From the NCBI GenBank assembly GCA_041477065.1, contig JBGOUQ010000021.1, forward strand, positions 1,060 to 65,059: 64,000 nt of DNA. Reading direction: 5' to 3'. A program made the position numbers and the translations under genes. The notes beneath the pieces were generated by a model. It was not told where the DNA came from. It ran no database searches and saw only the letters and a list, made by a program, of their open reading frames with translations. This DNA comes from Gemmatimonadota bacterium. Its GTDB lineage: Bacteria > Gemmatimonadota > Gemmatimonadetes > Gemmatimonadales > GWC2-71-9. Shown piece after piece: positions 32,928 to 43,069 of the stretch (within the stretch, counting starts at the first letter, position 1; the number at the start of each line of letters is the position of its first letter).

Positions 32928-33517
32928 GCGGGGCCGGCGGCTCCTCTCCCTCCACCCCCGATGGCGCGGAGGGCGAGCGGAAAGCGGGCGGCCGTCCGGC
33001 GCGGCAGGGCGTGCAGCACCGTGGCCACGAGCGCGAAGCTCACCGCCTTGTCGCCGAAATCGGAAATGAAGCTGCCGAAGAAACAGGCCCCGAGCGGTGA
33101 AAGGCCCAACGAGCGCCCCAGCGCCGTCATGATCGTCACGCCGCCCGAGGTGCTGCAACCGAAGATCCCGTAGGAGATGGGCGTGGACGCGGCGGCGGCG
33201 ATGATGCCTAGACCGAGGCCGGTGGGCACAGCGACGCGGAAACTGCGGAACAGGCCGGCTCGGGCTGCCCCCCAGGCGTACAGTGCGACGATCACCTGCA
33301 CCGCCACGAACGGCAGGAACGTCGGATTGCGGAGCGAGTTCGTAAGAGACGTCAGCGCCCCCGTCCCGATCCCCACGACCGGGCCGGCGAGGGCGCTCGC
33401 CAGGATCGTGCCGACCGTATCGAGAAACAGCGGCAGCCCGGTGGCGTCCACCACGGCCGAAAGGGCCAGGTTGATCGCCACGGCGACGGGGATGAGCGCG
33501 AGCAGGCGGATCGACAC
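32924..33517 (-). CDS. Putative ECF-transporter substrate-capture (S) component, substrate unknown
   Basis: This is the tail of track ORF 32924..34711, from GTG 33517. It is about 197 aa and very hydrophobic with around 6 TM segments (VSIRLLALIPVAVAINLALSAVV...). It is the first gene of the S-T-A-A' string. Confidence 0.6.
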   Translation of the reverse strand: MSIRLLALIPVAVAINLALSAVVDATGLPLFLDTVGTILASALAGPVVGIGTGALTSLTNSLRNPTFLPFVAVQVIVALYAWGAARAGLFRSFRVAVPTGLGLGIIAAAASTPISYGIFGCSTSGGVTIMTALGRSLGLSPLGACFFGSFISDFGDKAVSFALVATVLHALPRRTAARFPLALRAIGGGGRGAAGPA

Positions 33518-33543
33518 CGGGGCGGCTTCCGTGAGAGTGCGGG

Positions 33544-33559
33544 AAAAGATAGATATAGC
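33544..33559. promoter_or_regulatory. AT-rich island (AAAAGATAGATATAGC) between divergent S-component and M28 genes; candidate divergent -10 elements
   Basis: This is the only AT-rich patch in the 45-bp spacer, and it ends 3 nt before ATG 33563. That placement is compatible with a very short or leaderless M28 transcript. It is a weak call made by eye. Confidence 0.25.
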
Positions 33560-33562
33560 GTC

Positions 33563-34795
33563 ATGATCCTCACCAGCCTGCTGCTCGCAGTCGCCCTCCA
33601 GGACACGCTGACGCCGCCCGCGCGGCGAGCCCTGAGCGACATCCAGTTCCTCGCCGCCGACGCCCGCGAAGGGCGTGGTGTGGGCACGCGCGGCCTCGCG
33701 GAGGCCGGCGACTACGTCGCCGCCGGGTTCCGGAAGGCCGGCGCGCGCCTGCGGGTATCCTTCCAGCAGTTCACGATCGCGCCCGACGCCCCCGGCGCGA
33801 TGCATTCGGGGCTCGGCGGCAAGGAAACCCGCAATGTCGTCGCCGTCCTTCCCGGCTCCTCCCCCGCGCTGCGTGGCGAAGTCGTGGTGATCGGGGCGCA
33901 CTACGACCACCTCGGGCTGGGGGGCTTCGGCGCACTCGACGACCCCGACAGCACCGGCAAGGTGCACAACGGCGCCGACGACAACGCGTCGGGCACCGCG
34001 GCCCTGCTCGAAGTGGCCCGCGAGCTGGCGGGACGCCATCCGGCGCGCACGATTGTGTTCGTCGCATTCAGCGGCGAGGAGCTTGGCGACCTGGGTTCGG
34101 CCTACTACGTGCGGCACGCGCTCCCGGAGCCGGTCGATTCGGTCTACGCGATGCTGAACATGGATATGGTGGGGCGGCTGCGGAACGCCAAGCTCATCGC
34201 CTCGGGCGCCCAGACGGCCAAGGAATTCGCCCCGCTGCTCGACTCGCTCAACACCCCGCCGCGGTTCGACCTGCGTGCCTCGGGCGACGGCTGGGGTCCG
34301 AGCGACCACGCGTCGTTCTACGGCGCCAAGCGCCCCGTGCTGCATTTCTTCACCGACCTGCACGAGGACTATCACCGCTCCACGGACGACTGGAACAAGA
34401 TCAACGCCACGGGGGTGGCGCAGGTCGCCGCGTTCGTCGCCGACGTGGCGTGGGCGTTGGCGAATCGCCCCGGGCCGCTCACCTTCGTGGACGTCCCGCC
34501 GCCGGCGGTCCCCGCGGGCGGCTGGGGGTACGGCGCCTACCTCGGGACCATCCCCGACATGACCGGCTCGCCCGGCGGCGCCCGGATCACCGGGGTGCGC
34601 GCCGGCAGTCCCGCCGACAAGGCCGGCTTGAAGGGCGGCGACATCATCACCGCGATCGGCACCATGACGGTGGCCAACCTCTACGACATGACCGCGGCGC
34701 TGCGCAGCCACCAGGCCGGCGATACCGTGGCGATCGTCGTCAAGCGCGACGGCGCCGAGGTCCGACTGACCGCCGTCCTGGGCGTGCGCCGCTGA
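33563..34795 (+). CDS. M28-family aminopeptidase with C-terminal PDZ domain
   Basis: ORF track, 410 aa. Motifs are VIGAHYDHLG, NGADDNASGTAALLE and FSGEELGDLGS. The PDZ domain reads GSPADKAGLKGGDIITAIG. Confidence 0.88.
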   Translation: MILTSLLLAVALQDTLTPPARRALSDIQFLAADAREGRGVGTRGLAEAGDYVAAGFRKAGARLRVSFQQFTIAPDAPGAMHSGLGGKETRNVVAVLPGSSPALRGEVVVIGAHYDHLGLGGFGALDDPDSTGKVHNGADDNASGTAALLEVARELAGRHPARTIVFVAFSGEELGDLGSAYYVRHALPEPVDSVYAMLNMDMVGRLRNAKLIASGAQTAKEFAPLLDSLNTPPRFDLRASGDGWGPSDHASFYGAKRPVLHFFTDLHEDYHRSTDDWNKINATGVAQVAAFVADVAWALANRPGPLTFVDVPPPAVPAGGWGYGAYLGTIPDMTGSPGGARITGVRAGSPADKAGLKGGDIITAIGTMTVANLYDMTAALRSHQAGDTVAIVVKRDGAEVRLTAVLGVRR

Positions 34796-35265
34796 TGGAC
34801 CACGCTTCCGCTCCGTCCACTCCCGCGAGCAAGATCGTCCGCGCCTTGCGTGCGGCCCAGCTGCACGACATCGGTCGGCAGGGCTTGCTCCAGGCCGCCT
34901 GCGCCAAGCTCCAGGCGCTCGGCGCGCCGTACACCTCGGTGTACGCGTACATGGTGCACGGCAGCGATCTGGTGCTGGAGGCGCACGCCGGACGAGACAC
35001 CGACCACACCCGGATCCCGATCGGCACCGGGGTGTGCGGCACTGCGGTGTCGACCGGTCAGGACCAGAACGTCCCCGACGTGTCGGCCGTCGGCAACTAT
35101 CTGGCCTGCAACATCTTCACCAAGTCGGAGCTGGTCGTGCTGATCCGGCGCGGCGCGAGCATTCTGGGCCAGATCGACGTCGACAGCGACGTCCCCGCCG
35201 GCTTCGGCGACAAGGAGCATGCGGAGGTGAAGGAAGTCGCCGACGCGCTGGCGGTGCTGCTGTAG
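34795..35265 (+). CDS. msrC: GAF-domain free methionine-(R)-sulfoxide reductase-like protein
   Basis: This is the tail of track ORF 34450..35265, from ATG 34795 (TGATG junction). RIPIGTGVCGTAVSTGQ...YLACN...SELVVLI...ILGQIDVDS closely resembles YebR/MsrC. Confidence 0.7.
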   Translation: MDHASAPSTPASKIVRALRAAQLHDIGRQGLLQAACAKLQALGAPYTSVYAYMVHGSDLVLEAHAGRDTDHTRIPIGTGVCGTAVSTGQDQNVPDVSAVGNYLACNIFTKSELVVLIRRGASILGQIDVDSDVPAGFGDKEHAEVKEVADALAVLL

Positions 35266-35273
35266 CCGTCGCC

Positions 35274-36098
35274 GTGGACGCCGGCGGCGTCCGGCTCTTC
35301 ACCCGCCGCGTCGGCACCGGCCCGATCGTCGTGGTGCTGCACGGCGGGCCCGGCGCCCACCATGACTACCTCCTGCCGCAATACGATCAACTGGCCACCG
35401 GACGAGAGCTGTTCTATTACGATCAGCGCGGCGGCGGTCGGTCGCCCGCGCCGCGCGACGTGGCCGTGGGCTGGCGCGCGCACGTCGCCGACCTCGAGGC
35501 GATCCGGCTCTCTCTGGGCCTCGAGCGGCTGGTGCTGCTGGGCTATTCGTGGGGTGGACTGCTCGCTCTCCTCTATTACTTGGAGCACCCCGACCGCGTC
35601 GCGCGGCTGGCGCTGGTCTCCCCGGCGTCGATCACCGTCCAGTACCGCCGCGAGTTCGACCGCCGCTTCGCCAAGCGCATGAGCGCGCCCGAAATCGTCC
35701 AGGCCCGCGAGGCGCTGCGCACGAGCGGCTTGCGGGAGCGGGACCCCTCCACCTACCAGCGCCGCGCCTTCGAGCTGTCGGTCGCGGGCTACTTCCGGAA
35801 CTTCGCCGACGTCACGCACCTCACCGCCTTCCGCGTCACCGGTCGCACGCAGCAGGCGGTGTGGGACAGCCTGGGGGAGTACGATCTGCGAAATCGGCTG
35901 CGGGAGACCGTGTCCCGTTTTCCCCTTCCTTCTCTAGTGCTTCACGGGACCTTCGACCCGATCCCCATCGAGGGATCGCGGGAGCTGGCGAGTCTGCTCA
36001 GCGCCGAACTCGTCGAGCTTCCGGTGGGCCACTGCCCGCATGTCGAAGCAACGGAACCGTTCATTCGGGCGGTTGATAACTTCCTGCCCCGTACCTGA
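35274..36098 (+). CDS. Alpha/beta hydrolase (proline iminopeptidase-like)
   Basis: This is the tail of track ORF 35034..36098, from GTG 35274. Motifs are VVVLHGGPG, the nucleophile elbow GYSWGG, and a C-terminal GHCPH. Confidence 0.8.
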   Translation: MDAGGVRLFTRRVGTGPIVVVLHGGPGAHHDYLLPQYDQLATGRELFYYDQRGGGRSPAPRDVAVGWRAHVADLEAIRLSLGLERLVLLGYSWGGLLALLYYLEHPDRVARLALVSPASITVQYRREFDRRFAKRMSAPEIVQAREALRTSGLRERDPSTYQRRAFELSVAGYFRNFADVTHLTAFRVTGRTQQAVWDSLGEYDLRNRLRETVSRFPLPSLVLHGTFDPIPIEGSRELASLLSAELVELPVGHCPHVEATEPFIRAVDNFLPRT

Positions 36099-36116
36099 GG
36101 GGCTAAGTTCCCCGGC

Positions 36117-37814
36117 GTGATGGACAAACACGCCGTCCGCCAGGTCCTCGAGCAAATCGCCGCCTGCCTCGAGCTGAAAGGGGAGAACCCCTTCCGGGTA
36201 CGCGCCTACGAGAACTCGGCACGGGCCATCGCCGGATTCCCCGGCGACCTGGCCGAAGGCATCGCCTCCGGCGCGCTGGCCGAGGAGCGCGGCGTCGGCG
36301 CGGGGACCCTCGAGATCGTGCGCGAGCTGGTCACGACCGGCCGCTCCAACCTGCTCGACGAGCTGCGCGAGCAGGTCCCGCCCGGCCTCGTCGAGATGCT
36401 CAAGATCCCCGGCCTCGGCGTCGCCAAAGTCCGCCAGCTCCACGAGGCACTGCACGTCGAGACCCTGCCCGATCTGGAGGAAGCCGCGGCCGACGGACGG
36501 CTCGCCGCCCTGCCCCGCTTCGGACAGAAGACCGCCGAGAACATCAAGAAGGGGATCGCCTTCCTGCGGCGGGCGTCGGAGTTCCGGCTGTTCCACCACG
36601 CGCACGGCGAGGCACTCGGCGTGCAACGCGCCCTGGCCGCCCTCGCCGGCGTGCGCCGCGTCGAGTTGGCCGGGAGCGTCCGCCGCCGTCTCGAAGTCAT
36701 TCGCGACCTCGATCTCATCGTCCTGCACGACGACGGCGGCCGCGACACGCTGGTGAAGCAGCTCGGCCAAGCGCCGGGCGTCACGGAGTTTGCAGGCAAG
36801 GAAGGCGCCGTCACGCTGCGCTTCACTTCGGGAACGGTCGTGGACGTCTTTCTCTCCGGCCCCGGCGAGTTCGGCAACACCTGGGTGCGTGCGACCGGCG
36901 CCACGGCGCACTGGGAACAGCTCGCCGCCCGCGCCCGTACCCAACAGGTGGACCTCGGCGCTCCGCAGCCCGATGAGGCGAGCTTCTATGGCGCGCTCGG
37001 TCTCCCCTGGATTCCGCCCGAGCTGCGCGAAGGGAGCGGAGAAGTCGACGCCTCAGCGGAGGGGCGGCTGCCTGCGCTGGTAGAGGAGCGGGACCTCAAG
37101 GGGTTCGTCCACTGTCACTCGAATTACTCCGACGGAACCACGACTATCGCCGAGTGGGCGGCGGCCGCCCGGCAGGCCGGCTATGCGTGGATCGGGATCA
37201 CCGACCATAGCCAGTCCGCGGCCTACGCCGGCGGCCTCCGGGCCGAGGACGTGGCGCGGCAGCACGCCGAGATCGACGCGGCAAACGCACAGAATCCGGG
37301 TGTGCGTGTCTTGAAGGGGGTCGAGGCGGACATTCTCTTCGACGGATCGCTCGACTACCCGCCCGAGATCCGGCGGCGCTTCGATTTCGTGATCGGCTCG
37401 ATTCACTCCCGGTTCGGAATGAGCGAAGCCGAAATGACCACGCGCGTGCTGAAGGCGATGGAGGATCCGTGCCTCACCGTACTCGGGCACCCGACGGGGC
37501 GGCTGCTGCTGTCGCGCGATCCCTACCCGATCGATATGGAGCGGGTGCTGGTCAAGGCCGCCGAGCGCGGAATCGCGGTCGAGGTGAACGCCGACCCCCA
37601 CCGGCTCGACCTCGATTGGCGCCTGGTGCGGCGGGCCCGCGACCTGGGCGTGACACTGTCGATCGGCGCCGACGCCCACTCTGTGGCCGGCATGTCCAAT
37701 GTGCCGGTCGGTGTGGGGATCGCGCGCAAGGGCTGGCTCGAACCCAAGGACGTGCTCAACACCCGCGACGCCGAGGGATTCCTCGCCTTCGCCCGCGCGC
37801 GGCGGGCGGCATGA
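36117..37814 (+). CDS. polX: Family X DNA polymerase with C-terminal PHP phosphoesterase domain
   Basis: ORF track, 565 aa. The N-terminus reads LELKGENPFRVRAYENSARAI, with HhH motifs and GSVRRRLEVIRDLDLIV. The PHP domain shows HCHSNYSDG ... ITDHS ... GADAHS. Confidence 0.9.
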   Translation: MMDKHAVRQVLEQIAACLELKGENPFRVRAYENSARAIAGFPGDLAEGIASGALAEERGVGAGTLEIVRELVTTGRSNLLDELREQVPPGLVEMLKIPGLGVAKVRQLHEALHVETLPDLEEAAADGRLAALPRFGQKTAENIKKGIAFLRRASEFRLFHHAHGEALGVQRALAALAGVRRVELAGSVRRRLEVIRDLDLIVLHDDGGRDTLVKQLGQAPGVTEFAGKEGAVTLRFTSGTVVDVFLSGPGEFGNTWVRATGATAHWEQLAARARTQQVDLGAPQPDEASFYGALGLPWIPPELREGSGEVDASAEGRLPALVEERDLKGFVHCHSNYSDGTTTIAEWAAAARQAGYAWIGITDHSQSAAYAGGLRAEDVARQHAEIDAANAQNPGVRVLKGVEADILFDGSLDYPPEIRRRFDFVIGSIHSRFGMSEAEMTTRVLKAMEDPCLTVLGHPTGRLLLSRDPYPIDMERVLVKAAERGIAVEVNADPHRLDLDWRLVRRARDLGVTLSIGADAHSVAGMSNVPVGVGIARKGWLEPKDVLNTRDAEGFLAFARARRAA

Positions 37815-38494
37815 CGACGCGACTCGCGAGACCGAATCGGGCGGCCCGAGGAGAGCCGGCCGCGACCAGGAAACGGCGAACGCGAACGATCATCGCCCGG
37901 TTGGAGAAGGCCTACCCGAACGCGCACTGCGCCCTCGACCACCACTCGCCCCTCGAGCTGCTCGTCGCGACGATCTTGTCGGCGCAATGCACCGACATGC
38001 GGGTGAACATGGTCACGCCGGCCTTGTTCGCGAAGTACCACGCGGCCGCCGACTACGCCGCCGCGGACCCGCGCGTGCTCGAGCGGGAGATCCAGAGCAC
38101 CGGATTTTTCCGCAACAAGACGAAATCGATCCTCGGCATGGCGCAGGCGCTGGAGGAGCGCCACGGCGGTCAGGTCCCCGACACGATGGAAGCGCTGGTC
38201 GGGCTGCCGGGCGTCGGCCGCAAGACCGCGAACGTCGTGCTCGGCAACGCCTTCGGCAAGAACGAGGGCGTGGTGGTGGACACGCACGTGCAGCGGCTCA
38301 GCGGATTGCTCAAGCTGTCACGGGAAAAGACGCCAGAGAAGATCGAACGCGACCTGATGGAGCTCGTGCCGCGCGAGCAGTGGACGCTGTTCTCTCACCT
38401 CCTGATCCTGCACGGCCGGGCCGTGTGCATCGCCCGGCGGCCGAAGTGCGAGGCGTGCGTCGTGAACCGGTGGTGTCCGAGCTCGAAGGTATGA
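37811..38494 (+). CDS. nth: Endonuclease III
   Basis: This is the tail of track ORF 37469..38494, from ATG 37811 (ATGA overlap). Motifs are ATILSAQCTD, LPGVGRKTANVVL and VDTHV. The FeS cluster motif is C-X6-C-X2-C-X5-C (CIARRPKCEACVVNRWC). Confidence 0.92.
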   Translation: MTTRLARPNRAARGEPAATRKRRTRTIIARLEKAYPNAHCALDHHSPLELLVATILSAQCTDMRVNMVTPALFAKYHAAADYAAADPRVLEREIQSTGFFRNKTKSILGMAQALEERHGGQVPDTMEALVGLPGVGRKTANVVLGNAFGKNEGVVVDTHVQRLSGLLKLSREKTPEKIERDLMELVPREQWTLFSHLLILHGRAVCIARRPKCEACVVNRWCPSSKV

Positions 38495-39648
38495 CCCTTA
38501 CTCTCCCTCCGGTGGATCGCGGCCAGCTTGTCGCCACCCGGCGCGACCTGCACCAGCATCCCGAGCTGGGCTTCCAGGAAACCCGCACCAGTACGCTCGT
38601 CGCCGAGCAGCTCCAGGACCTCGGCTACCAGGTGCGGACCGGCGTGGGACGGACGGGCGTCGTCGCGGTGAAGGACGGCGGCGGCCGGTGCGTGATGCTG
38701 CGCGCCGACATGGACGCCCTGCCGGTCGAGGAAGCGAACGACGTCCCCTACATGTCGCGGCATCCGGGCCGGATGCACGCCTGCGGCCACGACGGCCACG
38801 TGGCGATGGGACTCGAGGCGGCGCGGCGCCTGGCGGCGCTCGCGCTGCCGGGGACGGTGAAATTCGCGTTTCAGCCCGCGGAGGAAGTGAGCAACGGCGC
38901 GCAGGCGATGATTGCGGGCGGCGTGCTCGAGGGTCCCCGCGTCGACGCGGCGTTCGGCATCCACCTCTGGAACGATCTGCCCGTCGGCACGATCGGCATC
39001 ATGCCGGGGCCGATCATGGCCTCGGTGGACGAATTCGAAATCACGATCCTCGGCCAGGGCGGCCACGCCGCCGCGCCGCACCAGACGATCGACCCCGTGC
39101 TGGTCGCGGCGCACGTCGTCACGGCCCTGCAGAGCCTCGTCTCCCGCCGCCGCAATCCCTTCGAGGAAGGCGTCGTCTCGGTCACGCAGGTGAGCGCCGG
39201 CCACGCCTTCAACGTGACCCCGGGGCGGGCCGAGCTGCGCGGCACCGTCCGGACGTTCGGGGGCAGGTTCTGGGAGGAGGCGCCGCGGCTGGTCGAGGAG
39301 ACGGCGCGCGGGCTCGCCGCGGCGTTCGGCGCGGAGGCCGAGGTACGCTACCGCCGCCTCAGCGGGCCCTTGGTGAACGACCCCAAGATGACCGAGCTGA
39401 TGCGGAGTGTGGCCGAGGAGATCGTCGGGAAGGATCGGGTGACCGGCGTGCGCACCATGGGCGGAGAGGACATGTCCTACTTCCTCCGGCAGGTGCCGGG
39501 CTGCTTCGCGTTCGTCGGCTCCGCCTCGCCCGGCAGGAAAGCATCGCCGCATCACAGCGCCACCTTCGACATCGACGAGGACGCCCTGCCGATCGGCACG
39601 GAGCTGCTCAGTCAGATGGCGGTGCGATACCTGGAGACGGTGCCGTGA
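38491..39648 (+). CDS. M20D-family amidohydrolase (N-acyl-amino acid / hippurate hydrolase-like)
   Basis: This is the tail of track ORF 37699..39648, from ATG 38491 (ATGA overlap). Motifs are RRDLHQHPELGFQE, MHACGHDGH and FQPAEE. Confidence 0.88.
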   Translation: MTLTLPPVDRGQLVATRRDLHQHPELGFQETRTSTLVAEQLQDLGYQVRTGVGRTGVVAVKDGGGRCVMLRADMDALPVEEANDVPYMSRHPGRMHACGHDGHVAMGLEAARRLAALALPGTVKFAFQPAEEVSNGAQAMIAGGVLEGPRVDAAFGIHLWNDLPVGTIGIMPGPIMASVDEFEITILGQGGHAAAPHQTIDPVLVAAHVVTALQSLVSRRRNPFEEGVVSVTQVSAGHAFNVTPGRAELRGTVRTFGGRFWEEAPRLVEETARGLAAAFGAEAEVRYRRLSGPLVNDPKMTELMRSVAEEIVGKDRVTGVRTMGGEDMSYFLRQVPGCFAFVGSASPGRKASPHHSATFDIDEDALPIGTELLSQMAVRYLETVP

Positions 39649-41627
39649 ACCGCCTCGCCGCCGAGCCCTCCGCGTACTTGAAGTCCGCCGCCCACCAGCC
39701 CGTGCACTGGCACCCCTGGCGTGACGACGCGTTCACCCTGGCCCGCGAGCAGAACAAGCCGATCCTGCTTGACATCGGGGCGGTGTGGTGCCACTGGTGC
39801 CACGTGATGGATGGAGAGTCCTACGAAGACCCGCAGGTCGCCGACCTGCTCAACCGCGACTTCGTCTGCATCAAGGTGGACCGCGACGAGCGCCCCGACG
39901 TGGACGCCCGCTACCAGCGCGCCGTCGCGGCGCTCACCGGCCAGGGAGGCTGGCCGCTCACCGCGTTCCTCACGCCCGCAGGCGACGTGTTCTTCGGCGG
40001 CACGTACTTCCCCCCCGAGAACAACGTCTTCGGCCGCCCCGGATTCCTCACGGTGCTGCAGCACGTGGCGCGGCTGTACCGGGAAGAGCACGAGAAGGTC
40101 GCGAAGAGCGCCCAGGCGATCCGCCAGCACGTCACAGAAACGCTGAACGAGGGAAAGGCGGGGCTGGTCACCCCCCAGCTCGTCGAGCAGGCGGCCGACC
40201 AGATGGCCCGGCTGTTCGACGTCCGCTACGGCGGCTTCGGCACCGCGCCAAAATTCCCGCACCCCGCACCGGTCGAGTTCCTGATCGCGCGCTGGCGCGA
40301 CACGGGACTCGACTGGACGCGCGAGATCGTCGAGAAAACCCTGACCAGCATGGCCCGGGGCGGCATCCGCGACCACCTCGGCGGCGGCTTTCACCGCTAC
40401 TCGGTGGACGAGCGCTGGATCGTCCCCCACTTCGAGAAGATGGCCTACGACAACTCGGAGCTGCTCAAGACGTACCTCGCGGCCTACCAGGCCTGGGGGA
40501 CCCCGCTGTTCCGAGAGGTGGCGACCGGAATCGTCGATTGGGTGCTGGAAATCCTCTCCGATCGGGACGCCGGGGTCTTCTACACCTCGCAAGACGCCGA
40601 CGTGGGCCCGAACGACGACGGCGACTACTGGACGTGGACGCCGGACGAGGCCGGCGCCGTGCTCACCCAGCGCGAGCTCGACGTGGTGCGGCGCGTATAC
40701 GACCTCGACGCACCGGGAGAGATGGAGCACAACCCGAAGAAGAACGTGCTGTGGTGGAAGCACGACCCGGCGGGCGACGACGAATGGCCGGTGCTCAAGG
40801 CCGCGCGGGCGAAGCTGAAGGCGGCGCGCGACCGGCGGACGGCGCCGTTCGTGGACCGCACGCCGTACGTCGGCTGGAACGCCATGCTCGCCTCGGCGTT
40901 CCTGCGGGCGGGCGCGGTGCTCGACCGGCCGGAATGCAACACTCTGGCCCTCGCGGCGCTGGAGCGGATCTGGAGCGCGTCGTGGGATGGAGACCACGGG
41001 ATGGGCCACGTCATCGGCCGCGTGGAGCCCCGCGGCATGCTGGACGACAGCGTCCAGAGCGCGGCCGCTTTTCTCGATGCCTACGAGGCGACCGGCGTGG
41101 ACGCCTGGCTCGACCGGGCGGTGCGCGTCCTCGCCCACTGCACGGCCGCCCACTGGGACGACGCGGCCGGCGGGTTCTTCGACCTCGCCCGGGACCGGAG
41201 CGCCGCCGTGGCTTACCTCGCCACGCGCGCCAAGCCGCTGCAAGACTCGCCCACGCCGTCCCCGAACGGGGTCGCCGCGCTCGTGCTGGCGCGGCTCTGG
41301 GTCCTCACCGACAAGAAGGAATACCGCACGCAGCTCGACCAGCTGCTGGCCGCCTGTGCCGGCACGGTGGCGGAGCTCTCGCTGTACGGCGCGACGCTGG
41401 CCCGGGCGGCCGATTGGGCGGTGCACCCCGCCACACGGATCGAGGTGTCCGGACCCGGTGATGCCGGACCAGCGTGCGCGATGCACTTGCTGGCGCTTCA
41501 GACCTACCGGCCGCGCACCGTCGTCGTCCGCAAGACCGCAGCCCAGCCGTCCGCCACGGTCTGCGTGGGCACGACCTGCTCCCTTCCGGTCGCGGCTCCC
41601 GAGGCGCTGCGCGAGCTGCTCGCGTGA
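39645..41627 (+). CDS. Thioredoxin-domain (DUF255/YyaL-like) protein with (alpha/alpha)6-barrel C-terminal domain
   Basis: This is the tail of track ORF 38688..41627, from GTG 39645 (GTGA overlap). It reads HWHPWRDDAF...ILLDIGAVWCHWCHVM...IKVDRDERPDVD. Confidence 0.85.
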   Translation: MNRLAAEPSAYLKSAAHQPVHWHPWRDDAFTLAREQNKPILLDIGAVWCHWCHVMDGESYEDPQVADLLNRDFVCIKVDRDERPDVDARYQRAVAALTGQGGWPLTAFLTPAGDVFFGGTYFPPENNVFGRPGFLTVLQHVARLYREEHEKVAKSAQAIRQHVTETLNEGKAGLVTPQLVEQAADQMARLFDVRYGGFGTAPKFPHPAPVEFLIARWRDTGLDWTREIVEKTLTSMARGGIRDHLGGGFHRYSVDERWIVPHFEKMAYDNSELLKTYLAAYQAWGTPLFREVATGIVDWVLEILSDRDAGVFYTSQDADVGPNDDGDYWTWTPDEAGAVLTQRELDVVRRVYDLDAPGEMEHNPKKNVLWWKHDPAGDDEWPVLKAARAKLKAARDRRTAPFVDRTPYVGWNAMLASAFLRAGAVLDRPECNTLALAALERIWSASWDGDHGMGHVIGRVEPRGMLDDSVQSAAAFLDAYEATGVDAWLDRAVRVLAHCTAAHWDDAAGGFFDLARDRSAAVAYLATRAKPLQDSPTPSPNGVAALVLARLWVLTDKKEYRTQLDQLLAACAGTVAELSLYGATLARAADWAVHPATRIEVSGPGDAGPACAMHLLALQTYRPRTVVVRKTAAQPSATVCVGTTCSLPVAAPEALRELLA

Positions 41628-42595
41628 ATCGCCGCATCCTCGGCCGCACGGGCCTTGCCGTCAGCGAAGTCGGCTTCGGCGGCTGGGCCGTGGGCGGGAA
41701 TCAGTTCGGCAACTCCTACGGCCCGACCGACGACGCCGAGTCGATTCGCGCCATCCGTCGCGCCTTCGACCTCGGCTGCAACGTCTTCGACACCGCCGAC
41801 GTGTACGGCCACGGGCACGGCGAGGAGCTGTTCGGCACCGCCCTCACCGGGGTGCGCCCCCAGGTGATCCTCGCCACCAAAGTGGGGGGCAACTTCTACA
41901 ACCGGGACGTGCATCCGCTGCTGACGGAGCGGCTGACCCAGCTCATCGGCAGTCCGCTCGACCAGGTCCCTCCGGACGCGCCGCTCCCGGTCACGCACGA
42001 CGCCAACTTCAGCCCCGGATACGTCCGCTTCGCCCTGGAGCAGAGCTTGAAGCGTCTGCGCACCGACTACGTCGACCTGCTGCAGCTCCACAACCCGCCG
42101 ATGAACCTGATCTCGAGCATGGAGACATACGAGGTGCTCGAGGACCTGAAGCGGGAGGGGCTGATCCGGTTCCACGGCGTTTCGGTGCACCCGCCCGAGG
42201 AAGGCATCGCGGCCGTCCAGGCGACGATGCCCGACACGGTGCAAATCGTGTACAACCTGGCGCGGCGCGAGGCCGAGGACGAGTTCTTTCCCGCGGCCCG
42301 CGCGGCGGGGGTCGGCGTGATCGCGCGCGAGCCGCTCGCCAACGGCCTCCTCGCCGGCGCCTACAGCCCCGACAGCGTGTGGGAGAAGGGCGACATTCGT
42401 GCCCGCATGCCGCGCCAGTACGTCCACCAGCTCGTCGCGCTGGGGCAGCGCGTGCGCGAGCTCGCCGACAAGGCCGGGACGACGGCGTCGGTCCTGGCGC
42501 TCAAGTTCGTGCTGGACAATCCCGCCGTCGCCACCGTGATTGTAGGGATGAAGACGGTCCGGCAGGTGGAAGAAAACCTCGCGCTGGAGACCTGA
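41624..42595 (+). CDS. Aldo/keto reductase
   Basis: This is the tail of track ORF 41474..42595, from GTG 41624 (GTGA overlap). It reads LGRTGLAVSEVGFGGWAVGG...FDTADVYGHGHGEE...LATKVG...DLLQLHNP. Confidence 0.88.
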   Translation: MNRRILGRTGLAVSEVGFGGWAVGGNQFGNSYGPTDDAESIRAIRRAFDLGCNVFDTADVYGHGHGEELFGTALTGVRPQVILATKVGGNFYNRDVHPLLTERLTQLIGSPLDQVPPDAPLPVTHDANFSPGYVRFALEQSLKRLRTDYVDLLQLHNPPMNLISSMETYEVLEDLKREGLIRFHGVSVHPPEEGIAAVQATMPDTVQIVYNLARREAEDEFFPAARAAGVGVIAREPLANGLLAGAYSPDSVWEKGDIRARMPRQYVHQLVALGQRVRELADKAGTTASVLALKFVLDNPAVATVIVGMKTVRQVEENLALET

Positions 42596-43045
<450 letters not shown>

Positions 43046-43069
43046 CCCCTCAACCCTGGAGAGTCTCGC

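Noticed and set aside
38688-39644. The upstream part of the 979-aa ORF 38688..41627. Similar 5' extensions occur in ORFs 37469, 37699, 41474, 47560, 48360, 51412, 51612 and 57077.
   Set aside because: Only the distal parts of these ORFs show family motifs. The proximal parts are off-frame read-throughs of the preceding genes. The real starts are the ATG or GTG codons that overlap the upstream stop.
39612-41486. A 624-aa minus ORF and the 558-aa plus ORF 39785..41461 overlapping the DUF255 gene.
   Set aside because: They are antisense or off-frame to a gene with the clear thioredoxin-like CxxC motif (WCHWCH). Their composition is low-complexity and Arg/Gly-rich.
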